The notes below the pieces were generated by a model, which saw only the letters and a program-made list of their open reading frames with translations, was not told where the DNA came from and made no database searches. Made by a program: the position numbers and the translations under genes. Below, piece by piece: positions 9,370 to 18,634 of a stretch of 64,000 nucleotides of DNA. Position 1 is the first letter of the stretch. Each line of letters opens with the position of its first letter. Source of the DNA: Coriobacteriia bacterium (GTDB lineage Bacteria; Actinomycetota; Coriobacteriia; Coriobacteriales; Eggerthellaceae); NCBI GenBank assembly GCA_030526515.1, contig JAUNCQ010000003.1, forward strand, positions 6,541 through 70,540, read 5' to 3'.

Positions 9370-9650
9370 GGGCAAAGGCGATGAAATCGGTAGCTGAGCT
9401 CGCCCGCGCCGGGCAAACGCAGCGAAGTCGGTAGCTGAGCTCGCCCGCGCCGACGGATATTCCAAAACTGGTAGGGTCACCGCACCCAAGGCCGCCCCCT
9501 CCATGACAAACGCGCGATTATTTACACCCTTTCTTCCCCGTTTGTCATCAATGAGCGGCGCGGGAAGGGAAAACACCCAGGTCAACCTACCAGTTTTGGG
9601 TTATCTGCCGAGAGAAAGCCGACTCGCTACCGATTTCCGCCCATCCGTCA
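9370..9650. repeat. Nested-inverted-repeat intergenic element, copy 1
   Basis: Outer IR TCGGTAGC (9387, 9428) / GCTACCGA (9627). Inner IR CCAAAACTGGTAGG (9462-9475) / CCTACCAGTTTTGG (9586-9599). Innermost IR ATGACAAACG / CGTTTGTCAT surrounds the AT-rich core ATTATTTACACCCTTTCTTCC. The left end carries a 41-bp tandem duplication (9370-9410 and 9411-9451). Confidence 0.85.
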
Positions 9651-9858
9651 GAGCCGCGCCCGGCACCCGCCGTCCGCACCCCAGGCACCCCGCCCACGCG
9701 CCCGCCCGCCGAGCCCGCCGCGGCACCCCGCCGCCCACGCGCCCGCGCACCGGCCCCAAACGCAAAACGGCCCCCGGGCGCACATGCCCGGGGGCCGCAA
9801 AAATCACGGAAGCCGCAGCACCATCCGCTCGCGAGCCGCCCGCTCGCAGGCAACCCGC

Positions 9859-10509
9859 CTACAGCAGCTCCTCCCAGCTGCGGATAGCCACATCGGCCTC
9901 CGCGGTGAGCTGCTCCCAGGTGCCGCAGCCGGGCGTATCCAGAATGCCCAGCGCATGGAACCCGGCGCTCTTCAGGGTGCGGATGGCGTACACCGCATCC
10001 TCGGCGCCCCACGTCTGCTCCTTGGGGGTGCCCAGCACCTCGCGGCAGTACTCGTAGATCTTGGGCTCACGCTTGCTGGCGCCCACGTCGTCGGTGGACA
10101 CGATCCGGACGAAACACTCCTCCAGACCCACATGGCGCATGCCAGCAACCAGCTGGTCGTGGGGCGTGGACGAAGCCAGGGCCAGGCGCACGCCCTTCTC
10201 GTACAGGTGCTCCACCATGGCGATGGCGCCGGGGCGCGGCTGGGCGCGATTGGTGTAGAAGTCCATCATGAACTCCTCCATCATGCGCTCCACCGCAGCG
10301 TTGGAATCCGCCAGGCCGTGCTCCTCGTGCAGCCAGCGAGCCGCCTCCGGAGACGTCAGCGTAGCCAGCATGCTCGTGACCTCCGGCGTCTTCTCAACGC
10401 CAGCACGGTCGCACAGCATCTGCTCCATTTCCTCCCACGCGCCAATGGAATCCAGCAGCGTGCCGTCGCAGTCGAAGATGACGCCCTTCGCGTCCAGGAA
10501 TCCCGCCAT
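9859..10509 (-). CDS. HAD-superfamily hydrolase (subfamily IA)
   Basis: The VIFDCDGTLLDS motif I and downstream HAD motifs are present. Confidence 0.8.
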   Translation of the reverse strand: MAGFLDAKGVIFDCDGTLLDSIGAWEEMEQMLCDRAGVEKTPEVTSMLATLTSPEAARWLHEEHGLADSNAAVERMMEEFMMDFYTNRAQPRPGAIAMVEHLYEKGVRLALASSTPHDQLVAGMRHVGLEECFVRIVSTDDVGASKREPKIYEYCREVLGTPKEQTWGAEDAVYAIRTLKSAGFHALGILDTPGCGTWEQLTAEADVAIRSWEELL

Positions 10510-10511
10510 GA

Positions 10512-11798
10512 CTACTTCTCCACGCGGATCAGGGACGGCTCACCGTAGAGCACGCCGTCCAGGGCGGCAACGTCGTCGAGCACCTTGCGCATGGCGGACT
10601 CCTCCGCCGTGTGGGTGATGTAGATCACGTTCACGGTGTCGGTGTCGCGGTCCTTCTGGCCGCGCTGCATGACGGAGTGCACGCTCACGCCGTAGTCGGC
10701 GAAGATCTTGGTCATGGCAGCCAGCACGCCGGGACGGTCGGCCACGTTGAAGCGCACATAATAGCGGGTCTTCAGCTTCTCCATGGGCGCAATGGGCAGG
10801 TCGTCAGTGCAGGTGCAGCCCAGCACCGGGCCAATGCCCATGCCCACGCGGCGAGCCACCTCGAGCACGTCGCCCATGACAGCGCTGGCAGCGGGGCCCG
10901 CACCGGCGCCGGGGCCGAAGAACATGGTCTCGCCCACTGCGTCACCGGTCACGTAGATGGCGTTGTCCACGCCGTTGACGGTGGCCAGCTGATGGGTCTT
11001 CGGCAGCATGGTGGGATGCACGCGCACGCTCACGCCCTTGCCGGTACGACGACCAATGGCCAGCAGCTTCACGCTGTAGCCCAGGTCGTCCGCTGCCTCC
11101 AGGTCCAGCGGCGTGATGTTGCGAATGCCGCGGGTGAACACGTCGTCCAGGACCACGCGGGAGTTGAAGGCAATGCTGGACAGGATGGCAATCTTGGCCG
11201 CCGCGTCAAAGCCGTCCACGTCAGCGGTGGGATCAGCCTCGGCATAGCCCTTGGCCTGGGCCTCCTTCAGCGCATCCTCGTAGGACAGGCCCTGGGAGAT
11301 GCGGGTCAGCATGTAGTTGGTGGTGCCGTTCACAATGCCCATGACGCTCTTGATGCCGTTGCTGATCAGCTGGTTCTTCAGCGGGCCGATGATTGGGATA
11401 CCGCCGCCCACGCTGGCCTCGAACGCCAGATCAACGCCGTTTTCCTTAGCCAGCGCCATGAGCTCGCCACCGCAGGTGGCCATGAGCGCCTTGTTGGCGG
11501 TGACCACGTGCTTGCCGGCCTTCAGCGCGCCAACGACCACGTCCTTGGCCACGCGGGTACCGCCGATCAGCTCGATGATCAGGTCGATCTCCGGATTGTT
11601 CAGCAGATCGTTGTAGTCAAAGGTGAACAGATCCGCCAGACCATAGGACTCAGCGACCTCGGGAGAACGGGAGCACACGCCCGCCAGCTCAAGATCAATG
11701 CCGTAATGGCGCTTGAAGTCGTCCTTGTGGTTCTTCAGGATCTCCAGGCAGCCACCGCCAACCGTGCCGGTGCCCACCAGACCAATCTTTACCGTCAT
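10512..11798 (-). CDS. hom: Homoserine dehydrogenase
   Basis: MTVKIGLVGTGTVGGG NAD-binding N-terminus, catalytic domain, and C-terminal ACT domain. RBS GGGAG precedes the ATG at 11798. Confidence 0.9.
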   Translation of the reverse strand: MTVKIGLVGTGTVGGGCLEILKNHKDDFKRHYGIDLELAGVCSRSPEVAESYGLADLFTFDYNDLLNNPEIDLIIELIGGTRVAKDVVVGALKAGKHVVTANKALMATCGGELMALAKENGVDLAFEASVGGGIPIIGPLKNQLISNGIKSVMGIVNGTTNYMLTRISQGLSYEDALKEAQAKGYAEADPTADVDGFDAAAKIAILSSIAFNSRVVLDDVFTRGIRNITPLDLEAADDLGYSVKLLAIGRRTGKGVSVRVHPTMLPKTHQLATVNGVDNAIYVTGDAVGETMFFGPGAGAGPAASAVMGDVLEVARRVGMGIGPVLGCTCTDDLPIAPMEKLKTRYYVRFNVADRPGVLAAMTKIFADYGVSVHSVMQRGQKDRDTDTVNVIYITHTAEESAMRKVLDDVAALDGVLYGEPSLIRVEK

Positions 11799-11969
11799 GC
11801 GAATCTCCCGTCCTATTCCCGTTCGTCCAGTCTTCCGTTCCCGTTCCAACAGAGCCCCCGAGCCTCACAGCAAGGGGGCGAAAATTTCGTCCCGAACCGC
11901 AAGCGCCCCCGCCAACCGGCACGGCGCCGCGGCCGTCACGCCGGCCCCGCAGGACCGGCCGCCGCTTCC

Positions 11970-13328
11970 CTACAGGTCGCGGGCGTACAGGTCTGCGTAG
12001 GTCTCGCGGCGGGTCACCACGCGAGCCTGGCCGTCCTTCACGAACACCACGGCCGGGCGCGGCTGGCCGTTGTAGTTGCTGGCCATGGTGCAGCAGTAGG
12101 CGCCGGTGCCGAACACGCAGACCACGTCGCCCAGCTCGGGGGTCTGGATGGAGCCGTCGGCCACCACGTAGTCGCCGCTCTCGCAGTGCTTGCCCACCAG
12201 GGTGACCACTTTGTCGCGCGGCTGATCGGCGCGGTTCGCCACCACGGCCTCGTAGTCGGCGCCGTACAGGGCCGGGCGGATGTTGTCGGACATGCCGCCG
12301 TCAATGGCCACGATGTTGCGGATGCCCGGCAGGGTCTTCAGAATGCCCACCGTGTACAGGGTCAGGCCGGCGTTGGCCACCAGGCTGCGGCCCGGCTCAA
12401 CGGACAGGGCCGGCAGCACCAGGTCGCGCTCCTCGCACAGCTCCTTCACGGCGGTGCAGGTCACGTTGGCGAACTGCTGGATGGTGGACGGCGCGTCCTC
12501 GGCCACGTAGGCAATGCCCAGGCCGCCGCCCAGGTCCAACTCGGTGATCTCATAGCCGTAGCGCTCCTTGATGCGTGCAATAAAGTCGATCATGACCGCC
12601 GCGGCCTCCTTGAAGGAATGCAGGGCGAAGATCTGGCTGCCAATGTGGCAGTGCAGGCCGGCCAAGCGCACGTTGGGGGCGTTCAGCACGTCCTCCACGC
12701 AGTTGAAGGCAAAGTCCTCGCGCATGGTGAAGCCGAACTTGGAGTCCTCGCAGCCGGTGCGGATGTACTCGTGGGTGTCGGCCTCCACGCCGGGGGTGAT
12801 GCGCATGTAGATGTCCTGCACCTTGCCCAGCTTGCCGGCGATCTCAGAAACGCGGCCCAGCTCAATGCGGCTGTCGATCACAATGCGGCCCACGCCGGCG
12901 GCGATGGCCTCCTCCAGCTCCTTGGGGGTCTTGTTGTTGCCGTGCACGATGACGCGCTCCATGGGGAAGCCCACGGACTGGGCGCAGGCCAGCTCGCCGC
13001 CGCCGGAAACGTCCAGGCTCATGCCCAGCTCGTTGGCAATGCGGCAGACCTCCTTGTTCAGGAACGCCTTGGACGCATAGGCCACGTGGGTCGGCGCCGG
13101 ATACTCGGCGGCAAAGGACTCCACGTAGGCGCTCATACGGGAGCGCATGTCCGCTTCGTCGAACACCACCAGAGCGGTGCCCTGCTCATGAGCCAGCTCC
13201 ACCATGTCGACGCCGCCCACGAACAGGTGGCCGTCCTTGACTTCGGCGGTCAGCGGCAGAACTTGACCCAGCTCCATGGTAGTGCGGCCGTCGGCCTGCT
13301 TCGTAGTATCAGAGGTAGGGAGCGACAT
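11970..13328 (-). CDS. lysA: Diaminopimelate decarboxylase
   Basis: Alanine-racemase-like PLP barrel (YASKAF..., CHIGSQ, EPGRSLVA, CESGD). RBS GGAAAGGAGAGGG precedes the ATG at 13328. Confidence 0.9.
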   Translation of the reverse strand: MSLPTSDTTKQADGRTTMELGQVLPLTAEVKDGHLFVGGVDMVELAHEQGTALVVFDEADMRSRMSAYVESFAAEYPAPTHVAYASKAFLNKEVCRIANELGMSLDVSGGGELACAQSVGFPMERVIVHGNNKTPKELEEAIAAGVGRIVIDSRIELGRVSEIAGKLGKVQDIYMRITPGVEADTHEYIRTGCEDSKFGFTMREDFAFNCVEDVLNAPNVRLAGLHCHIGSQIFALHSFKEAAAVMIDFIARIKERYGYEITELDLGGGLGIAYVAEDAPSTIQQFANVTCTAVKELCEERDLVLPALSVEPGRSLVANAGLTLYTVGILKTLPGIRNIVAIDGGMSDNIRPALYGADYEAVVANRADQPRDKVVTLVGKHCESGDYVVADGSIQTPELGDVVCVFGTGAYCCTMASNYNGQPRPAVVFVKDGQARVVTRRETYADLYARDL

Positions 13329-13573
13329 ACCCTCTCCTTTCCGCTTCAGCAGCACCCGCCCCATCAGGGCAGAGCCGCCACGAGTGTCCATAATTTGTTA
13401 ATTGGTAGAGTCTACCATCACGCTGACCCGCGAATCTTTCGCCCAGGTTAATAAAAGGTGCACGGGGCGTTGCAATATCCTTTGGGCGAAATATCCGGCC
13501 CCAGCCTCCCGAAGACCGAGCGCCTTGCCCCGCACGTGGCAAATCGATCCCGTGCGGCCCAAAAGTCCCAGGG

Positions 13574-13611
13574 CGAAAAGAAAGGCCGCGAAGCATTGCT
13601 GCTCCGCGGCC
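13574..13611 (-). terminator. Terminator after the amidase/LRR surface-protein gene
   Basis: On the minus strand, the hairpin GGCCGCGGAGCAGCAAUGCUUCGCGGCC is followed by UUUCUUUUCG. Confidence 0.65.
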
Positions 13612-13631
13612 CTCAAGGAATCCGCTGGGCG

Positions 13632-15683
13632 CTAGGCCACGACCTTGGCCTTGCTGCTCAGGCCCCTCTTGGTCAGCCACTTCTTGTACGCGCTGGCCTT
13701 GGCGCCGGCGTGGACCGTCAGGGTGGAGGGGGTGTCGGCGAAGGTGTACTTGCCGGGCACGTTGGAGCTGGTCAGCTTCTGGGTGGTCAGGTTCAGCTCC
13801 TGCAGGGCCGCGCAACCGCGCAGCGCCTGGTCGCCAATGCCGCTGACGCCCGCGGGCAGGGTCAGCTTGGTCATGCGCTTGCAGCTGCGGAAGGCGCCTT
13901 CGCCCACCGTGGTCAGGGTGGCGGGCAGCTCCACGGTCTTCAGCTTCACGCAGCCTCGGTACACGTCCTTGCTCAGGTACGTGGCCTTGGCCGGCACCGG
14001 AACGCTGGTCAGGCGGTAGCAGTTGCGCAGGGCAGCCGTGCCCAGGTACTTCAGCTTGGGCAGCGCGGGCAGCTCCGTCAGGTACTGGCAGTTGTAGAAG
14101 GCGTAGCCGTACACGTGGGTCACGGCCTTGGCACCCTGGACCTTGGCCAGGTTCTTGCAGCCGGAAAACGCGCTGGCGCCCACGTACTTCACGTACTTGG
14201 GGATGGTCACGCTGGTCACGGTCGTGTTGCCCTTGAAGGCGTTGCGACGGATGTTAGTGACCTTGTGGGCCCTGCCGCCGCGGGTCACGGTGGCGGGAAT
14301 GACCACCTCGGCCGCCGTGGACTTGACGGAGTGCAGCTGGGCGGTGGTGGTGCTGGTGCTCATCCAGGTGAAGGTGGTCTTCTTGTCCTTGGACTTGGTG
14401 GTGTACAGGTTGTGACCGGTGTTGCTGCGGGTCAGCTGGATGGTGCAGCGCTTGGCGTTGTTGTAATAGGTGTAGGGCATGTGGTAGCGGTCGCTGTTGT
14501 GGGAGTTGATGATAGGCGTGCCGGCGCTGTCACGGCCCACGCACAGCACAGCGTGGTTCCACAGGGTGCCGACGCGATACAGCACCGGGCTGCCGGTGAA
14601 CACCTGGCTGGCCTTGGGGTTTTCGATGTACTTGCCGTACTCCTTGAAGTGGGTAACGAAGCTGGGGCAGTAGATCCAGGCCGTGGACACGCCGCTGCCC
14701 AGCTCGCCGTCAGTGTAGAACCAGGCCTTGGCGTCGGACGTGGAGCCCTTGACGTGCTTCATGCCGCCCGCGGAAATGGACTGGGACGTGAAGTTGGCGC
14801 AGTCGCCGCCCACGGGGTTGTAGTTCTTGTAGGCCTTGTTGTACTTGGACCAGTACTTGTTGGAATAGGCCACGGCGTCCGCAGGGCAGTAGGTGGCCTG
14901 GTACTTGGCGGTGGGGCTGGGCGAAGATGCCGGTCCCTCGTCGCCGACGCCTGCGGGGGACTCCTCACCAGTGTCGCCCGGGCTCGCCACGTCGCCAATG
15001 TTCAGGGCGCTCAGGCCACCGGCGGGCTGGTCGGCAGTCGGGTCGGTGGACACGCCGCACAGGTCCTGCTCGTCGAAGGAGTCCTGGGCGATCACAGGAG
15101 CCGGGCCGTCGGTGGCCAGGGTCAGGTCGTGGGAGGTGCCGAAGCGGGCGGTGTCGGAGCCGCCGACGCCGTCAGCCAGGTTGTCGTAGGTGAACACCAC
15201 CTGCTCGTAGGCCTGGACCTGCAGCTCGTCGCCCACGGCCTTGGCGCTGGTGACGGTCACATCGGTCTGCACGCCGGTGATGCGGATGTTGGCGCTCTCC
15301 TCCATTTCGGCAAAGCCATCAGCGCGCCCCTGCTGGGCGTCCGCCACCTGATCCTCAACCACATCCTGGTCAAGGTCGGTCTGGCCCATGACGGTCTGGC
15401 TGCGGTCCTGGAAGTAGTCCTCCAGCAGCTCCTGGACCGGCTGGTCCACTGCTGCCTGGGCCTTGGCGGCCACGTCAACGTCGGAGCTGGCGCCATCGGC
15501 CACGGGAGCCAGGGTGCCGTCAGCATCGGGAACGCCGGCTCCGGTGGGAGCGACGGCTTCAGTAGCGCTCGCGGCGCCCGCCTGGGGCTCCGCGGCAAAG
15601 GCGCTCAGGGCGCCCGCCGGCACCAGGCCGCAAGCCAAGGTCAGGCTCAGGGCGGTACGAATCACGTTCTTGGGGTTAATCAT
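13632..15683 (-). CDS. Secreted protein: putative amidase domain plus BspA-type leucine-rich repeats
   Basis: Signal peptide (MINPKNVIRTALSLTLACGLVPAGALSAFAAEP), the GGDCANFTSQSISAGG amidase-like motif, and C-terminal repeats of the type AFxGCxxLxxV. RBS GGAGGG precedes the ATG at 15683. Confidence 0.75.
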   Translation of the reverse strand: MINPKNVIRTALSLTLACGLVPAGALSAFAAEPQAGAASATEAVAPTGAGVPDADGTLAPVADGASSDVDVAAKAQAAVDQPVQELLEDYFQDRSQTVMGQTDLDQDVVEDQVADAQQGRADGFAEMEESANIRITGVQTDVTVTSAKAVGDELQVQAYEQVVFTYDNLADGVGGSDTARFGTSHDLTLATDGPAPVIAQDSFDEQDLCGVSTDPTADQPAGGLSALNIGDVASPGDTGEESPAGVGDEGPASSPSPTAKYQATYCPADAVAYSNKYWSKYNKAYKNYNPVGGDCANFTSQSISAGGMKHVKGSTSDAKAWFYTDGELGSGVSTAWIYCPSFVTHFKEYGKYIENPKASQVFTGSPVLYRVGTLWNHAVLCVGRDSAGTPIINSHNSDRYHMPYTYYNNAKRCTIQLTRSNTGHNLYTTKSKDKKTTFTWMSTSTTTAQLHSVKSTAAEVVIPATVTRGGRAHKVTNIRRNAFKGNTTVTSVTIPKYVKYVGASAFSGCKNLAKVQGAKAVTHVYGYAFYNCQYLTELPALPKLKYLGTAALRNCYRLTSVPVPAKATYLSKDVYRGCVKLKTVELPATLTTVGEGAFRSCKRMTKLTLPAGVSGIGDQALRGCAALQELNLTTQKLTSSNVPGKYTFADTPSTLTVHAGAKASAYKKWLTKRGLSSKAKVVA

Positions 15684-15915
15684 GCTGCCCTCCAAGGGGT
15701 CGCTTCGTTTCTGCTGCGTTCAGGGTATGCGCCGCCAAGGGCGCACGAACCCATCTTTCGCCCGATTATGGCATACCCCGCTCCCCCATCAGGCAATAAT
15801 CGCGCAAAGCACACAAGCCGTTACCTTCGGCCCGTTGCAAAGGGCACACGCCGTCGCCTAGGGGGATGCTATGATATTGCGCAACGCAAATAGCCACGTG
15901 AAGAAAGGATTTTCC

Positions 15916-16314
15916 ATGGCAAAGATCGAGCCGAATATGCAGGAGTGGCTGGAGGAAGCCAAGAAGAGCCCCAACGCTGACCAGTGCGGCATGTTCCTGA
16001 CCCACAACGGCGTGGTTCGCTGCACCCCCAAGAAGCAGGTGCGCGAAGGCGTCCAGGACCTGCCCGCCGTGACGCAGGTTGAGTTCAGCTACGACGCCGA
16101 GGGCCTGGAGAAGGCCATCGCCGAGGCTCTGACCTGGGACGGCATCTACTACGTGAAGGTATGGCTGAACGAAGGTGTGTGCAACGTGGGCGACAGCCTC
16201 ATGTACGTGCTCATCGGCGGCGACATCCGCCCCCGCGTCATCGACGCCCTGCAGAACCTGGTCGGCCACATCAAGAACGAGCTCGTGGTCGAAAAGGAGG
16301 TCTACGCTCAGTAG
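15916..16314 (+). CDS. MoaE-like protein (divergent molybdopterin-synthase large-subunit fold)
   Basis: The layout resembles MoaE (GMFLTHNGVVR ... VGDSLMYVLIGGDIRP ... HIKNELVVEKEVY). The canonical HR of the catalytic region is not obvious. RBS GAAAGGA. Confidence 0.5.
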   Translation: MAKIEPNMQEWLEEAKKSPNADQCGMFLTHNGVVRCTPKKQVREGVQDLPAVTQVEFSYDAEGLEKAIAEALTWDGIYYVKVWLNEGVCNVGDSLMYVLIGGDIRPRVIDALQNLVGHIKNELVVEKEVYAQ

Positions 16315-16337
16315 TCCCCGCGCTTCCATAACGCACG

Positions 16338-16383
16338 AATGCCCTGGTCAGGACCGCTCCCGACCAGGGCATTACTTTTATAT
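16338..16383 (+). terminator. Rho-independent terminator
   Basis: A 12-bp stem AATGCCCTGGTC / GACCAGGGCATT is followed by ACTTTTAT. Confidence 0.7.
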
Positions 16384-16484
16384 AAACCAAAATTCAGGGC
16401 GAAAGCGCCGCGCGCCCACCGGCGCGCCCGCGAGCTCGCTGCCAGGCAGCCGCCGAGCAGCTGCCAGCCAATCGCCCGCCGACC

Positions 16485-17018
16485 CTAGGCCAGGGTCTTC
16501 TCCAGGCAGACCAGCTGCACGCCCTCGATCCCGTTGAACACGCACGGGACGATGTCAGGCTCCGCATAGCCCAGCTTGGCGTACAGGGCACGGGCGCGGA
16601 CGTTGCGCTCGTTAGTGTCCATGCGCAGGTAGGGGCAGTTGCGCTCCCGGGCCAGCTGCTCGTAGAACGCCACGAACTGCCGGCCGTAGCCGCGACCGCC
16701 GCGGTTCGGGTCCACCACCAGCGTGTGCAGCACCAGGACCTGGTCCGCCGGAGCATCCACCGCCCAGGCGGCATCGGCGTACTCGGGCACCTGCTCCTGG
16801 TTGATGCGAGCAGCGGCCACCACGACGCCGTCGTCCACGGCCACGTACATGTCGCCCGCGTCCAGGGCAACCTGGGCAGACGCGCGGGACGGATACACGC
16901 CCCGCACCCAGCCGATGGTCACCGCGCCGGACTCCTCCTGGTCGTGGATGGCATCGTAGATCTGCTCGATGGCATCAAGGTCGGCCTCCGTGGCCAACCG
17001 GAACTGGATTTCGCCCAT
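16485..17018 (-). CDS. GNAT-family N-acetyltransferase
   Basis: The acetyl-CoA-binding motif RGGRGYGRQFV is present. Confidence 0.8.
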   Translation of the reverse strand: MGEIQFRLATEADLDAIEQIYDAIHDQEESGAVTIGWVRGVYPSRASAQVALDAGDMYVAVDDGVVVAAARINQEQVPEYADAAWAVDAPADQVLVLHTLVVDPNRGGRGYGRQFVAFYEQLARERNCPYLRMDTNERNVRARALYAKLGYAEPDIVPCVFNGIEGVQLVCLEKTLA

Positions 17019-17029
17019 AGCCTGCTCCT

Positions 17030-17500
17030 TTACTTATGGTACGGCTCACCGCGGGAGATCTTGAACGCGCGGTACACCTGCTCCACCAGCACCACGCGGG
17101 CCAGGTTGTGAGGCAGCGTGATGCGGCCGAAGCTCAGCAGCTCGTTGGCGCGGTCGTACACCGCGGGGCTGGAGCCGTCGGAGCCGCCGATCACGAAGCA
17201 GATGTCGCTCTTGCCATGCAGCGCCAGGTCGTCCAAGCGCTGGGACAGCTCCACGCTGCTGCGCTCCTTGCCCTCAATGGCCAGCAGGATCACGTGGCTG
17301 CGATCCGGGATGGCTGCCAAGACGGCGCGGCCCTCGGCATCGCGTGCCTGCTCGACGCCGCCGGCACGGGCCGGGTCAACGTCGGCGATCTCCTTCACCT
17401 GGACCTTGGCGTAGGGCTGCAGCCGCTTCAGATACTCGTCAATGGCCTGCTTCCAGAACTTTTCCTTCAGCTTGCCCACGGCAACAATGGTCACGTTCAC
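17030..17500 (-). CDS. rlmH: 23S rRNA (pseudouridine1915-N3)-methyltransferase RlmH
   Basis: NVTIVAVGKLKEKFW...EYLKRL...FVIGGSDG...LSFGRITLPHNLARVVLVEQVYRA. GTG start. Confidence 0.9.
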   Translation of the reverse strand: MNVTIVAVGKLKEKFWKQAIDEYLKRLQPYAKVQVKEIADVDPARAGGVEQARDAEGRAVLAAIPDRSHVILLAIEGKERSSVELSQRLDDLALHGKSDICFVIGGSDGSSPAVYDRANELLSFGRITLPHNLARVVLVEQVYRAFKISRGEPYHK

Positions 17501-17518
17501 CGGGCGCTCCCCTGCGAG

Positions 17519-18634
17519 CTACAGCGGGCTGGCGCCGGTACGAACGGACTCCTGCACCCAGTCGGGAGCAAAGCGGCCGACCCAGTAGCCCAGCGCACGA
17601 TAGGTCACCAGGTTGGCAACCACGCTGACCGCCACGATCAGGTAGCAGCATGCCAGCACGATCAGCACGCCGAACAGGCCCATGCCGCCAGCCACCGCGG
17701 AGCTGGTGTCGACGGCCACCACCGCGAACATGGACACGCCGAAGAACATGAACACCACGAACATGACCACCAGCAGCACTATCAAGCTGGGGACGAAGCA
17801 GATGCACAGCAGTCCGCCGAAGTCCTGCTTGATCTTCTCCCACAGGTCGCTGACGCGGAAACCAGCGCCCAGCTGGTCAACCAGGGCCATGTAGGTGGTG
17901 CCCAGCATCATGGGCACGCACAGGGCCAGGGCGGCAATCCAGCCCACCAGCGGAATCAGGTTGCACAGGCTCATCACCAGGCCGAAGACCAGGGCAATCA
18001 CGAAGCCGTAGAAGCCGGTGACGAAGGCCTTGTCGCCGAACAGGTCAGTGGGCAGCTCGTCGCCGGTGCGGAACGCAGCGCGACGGCCCCAACGCAGGCA
18101 GTAACCGGTGGTCACGAAGTTCAGGATGGGCACGCAGCCGACCAGGCCCAGCAGCGCAGTGCGGGGAACCAGGCCCTCGGCGGTCTTCACGTCGTTCCAA
18201 GCCAGGCCCAGCAGACCCTGGCTGGTCTTCTGACCGTTGTAGGGATTCGTGTTCTGGTCGTAGCTGGAGCGAGAGTAGTCCTGCTGCGCGCTGTACGACG
18301 GCGGCACATAGGACGGCTCGGGGCTTCCGCCCACGGCAGCGCCGGCAGCGGCGCCAACACCAGCAGCTGCGGCACCGGCAGCAGCGCCCACGCCAGCAGA
18401 AGCATCGGAGTCAGCGGACGAAACAGCCGCCGGCTCCTGCACCGGGGTTGCCTCCAGCTCGATGGGCTGCACCGACTCGGCGGGCTGGATAGGCTCCGCC
18501 GGCTGGATGGGCTCAGCGGGCCTGATGGGCTCGGCCGGCTGCACAAAGTCAGCCGGAGCCAGGGATGCGCCGCAGTTGACGCAGAACTTGGGGGTACCGG
18601 TGTACTCGGCACCGCACTGGGAGCAGAAGCTCAT
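17519..18634 (-). CDS. Zinc-ribbon membrane protein with a Pro-rich tandem-repeat linker
   Basis: N-terminal ribbon MSFCSQCGAEYTGTPKFCVNCG, a PAEPI(R/Q) x4 repeat, then several TM helices. RBS AAGGAGA precedes the ATG at 18634. Confidence 0.7.
   Translation of the reverse strand: MSFCSQCGAEYTGTPKFCVNCGASLAPADFVQPAEPIRPAEPIQPAEPIQPAESVQPIELEATPVQEPAAVSSADSDASAGVGAAAGAAAAGVGAAAGAAVGGSPEPSYVPPSYSAQQDYSRSSYDQNTNPYNGQKTSQGLLGLAWNDVKTAEGLVPRTALLGLVGCVPILNFVTTGYCLRWGRRAAFRTGDELPTDLFGDKAFVTGFYGFVIALVFGLVMSLCNLIPLVGWIAALALCVPMMLGTTYMALVDQLGAGFRVSDLWEKIKQDFGGLLCICFVPSLIVLLVVMFVVFMFFGVSMFAVVAVDTSSAVAGGMGLFGVLIVLACCYLIVAVSVVANLVTYRALGYWVGRFAPDWVQESVRTGASPL

Noticed and set aside
10611-13451. Very long ORFs antisense to real genes. 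Examples are 10611..13451 (946 aa), 13458..15893, 21884..24712, 39801..41408, 41501..43390, 44241..46415, 46129..48114 and 51302..52858.
   Set aside because: These are typical high-GC shadow ORFs. Their translations are low-complexity and rich in Ala, Gly, Arg, His, Val and Gln, with no motifs. Each overlaps a gene with clear family signatures on the other strand.
13329-13470. Possible lysine riboswitch upstream of lysA.
   Set aside because: I could not find the conserved L-box core (AGAGGCGC-type) or its five-stem layout. The only notable feature is a GGTAGAGTCTACC palindrome, which resembles the intergenic repeat family.
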